Of a stretch of DNA of 64,000 nt, positions 62,930 to 64,000 are shown piece after piece. Under the pieces are notes generated by a model. That model ran no database searches. It was not told the DNA's origin and saw only the letters and a program-made list of their open reading frames with translations. Both the position numbers and the translations under genes were made by a program. Positions within the stretch are counted from its first letter, which is position 1; each line of letters begins with the position of its first letter. Origin of the DNA: Camelus ferus (Eukaryota); NCBI RefSeq assembly GCF_009834535.1, contig NC_045697.1, positions 89,344,001 to 89,408,000 on the forward strand, in the 5' to 3' direction.

Positions 62930-63530
62930 TTCCGTCATGGGGGCCTGCCCGAATCAGATCTTCCTGGATGGCAAGGGGTCCGTTAAGTCAGTGCAGCCAA
63001 GCACTAAGTCCTCGTGTTTGGCTGCAGTACTGCTGGCGTTTGCCTGCCTCAGAGTGAGCACAAAGTCTCCCTGAGTGCTCTCACATGGTGTGAGAGGAAC
63101 GAATCGCATTAGGTTTTAACAATAAAGATGTAGTTACCTTCTGCCTTTTCCAGATTTCCTGTGTGACAAACGTCAGAATTAAACTGTTGCAACATTCAGC
63201 ACATTTTTTATCCAGATAAATATTGAAAACATATTTAATGCAATATTGAAGGGATTATAGCATTCAGAAAAGGGAAAGTCTGACTAATGCAGCAGCTGCA
63301 CAGCATTCCAGCGCACTCAAGCTATTGCCAGCGTTTATTAGCCAGTCAAGTCTTTGACAATAAACAATCCACAGTCCGGCTCATGCTCTCTGGCGGATAG
63401 TTGTTGGAAGTTTGTTTTCATGACGGCATTAACAGCTCTTGTTTCTGCAGGTTGCCTATTATTACTGCTTAATTAATGACGGAAGGCTTTTAAAAGAGCT
63501 TTATGTGGACTTCTAATTGCATTCTAAAAG
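62930..63530. promoter_or_regulatory. Candidate conserved non-coding element or enhancer
   Basis: Non-repetitive, 14 CpGs in ~550 bp within a CpG-depleted window, with homeodomain (TTAATTAATGA, CTAATTG) and SOX-like (AACAAT twice) motifs and two hairpins. Confidence 0.4.
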
Positions 63531-64000
63531 ATGGTATTTTTATGATAATGATCCACTTGTAAAAGATAAATAAATATATATCAAAAATAGGAATTCTAAC
63601 AGAAAATAGGGTATCTGTTAACTGCAAAAATTGAGCTGCTTGTTTCTTAACACTTTATTTCAAAAACTTTGTATCTAAAAATAAAATGAGACAAAAGAAG
63701 CATATTTTTTTGTCCAGCCTTCTTCCATATATAAAGTCACTGTCTGCATCTTCTTATAACTGTATTATCTCGGGGGTTAGAATCAGGCCTGCTTTTGAGC
63801 AGGTTCCCACGGAAAGGCCCTAGTGGTTGCGGAAATGATTTCTTTCCTGATTGGATAGGTCTTGCTCTGAGTGATCTGTTTCCAGGTCATAGTAACTGAT
63901 ATTTTGAATATCACTTTTGGATAGAATGGATCATTTAATGTAGGCAGAAATCATTTTTGGTAGTTAAAATTTGAAGGTATCCAAATGATATGCCAAAGAA

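Noticed and set aside
63451..63533. Apparent exon (CTCTTGTTTCTGCAG acceptor, ATG|GTATTT donor)
   Set aside because: Stop codons in all three frames and a weak donor; unsupported as coding, and a non-coding exon cannot be shown from sequence alone
1..64000. CRISPR arrays, operons or other prokaryotic-type systems
   Set aside because: Mammalian repeat-rich DNA with no regularly spaced repeat-spacer array or gene cluster

Overview
This is AT-rich placental-mammal genomic DNA, very probably from a camelid (alpaca or camel). The evidence is two tRNA-derived SINEs of the Vic-1 type plus artiodactyl-type L1 3' ends, with no Alu, BovB/Bov-tA, PRE-1 or Can-SINE seen. I found no intact protein-coding gene or convincing coding exon, so the window looks like a gene desert or a long intron. 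Every ORF in the track that I can recognise is a broken L1 ORF1/ORF2 or ERV-L pol remnant. A large share of the window is interspersed repeats (L1 of several ages, L2, MIR, MaLR/ERVL LTRs, Tigger/MER5 DNA transposons). The most structured items are five: (i) a decayed class III (ERV-L-like, MER74-group LTR) provirus at ~33.95-38.06 kb, with both LTR ends, a tRNA-Ser primer-binding site and gag/pro/RT/RNase H remnants; (ii) an L1 lacking ORF2 ('half-L1'-like) at 19.5-22.6 kb; (iii) a scrambled L1 at 52.1-54.6 kb; (iv) a three-level nested insertion at 3.5-7.5 kb; (v) unique-sequence, CpG-retaining or hairpin-forming blocks (10.1-10.45, 46.27-46.33, 48.50-48.54 and 62.9-63.5 kb) that are candidate conserved non-coding elements. 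I see no evidence of a new multi-gene system. Repeat subfamily names come from remembered consensus sequences, and boundaries of old repeats are approximate.
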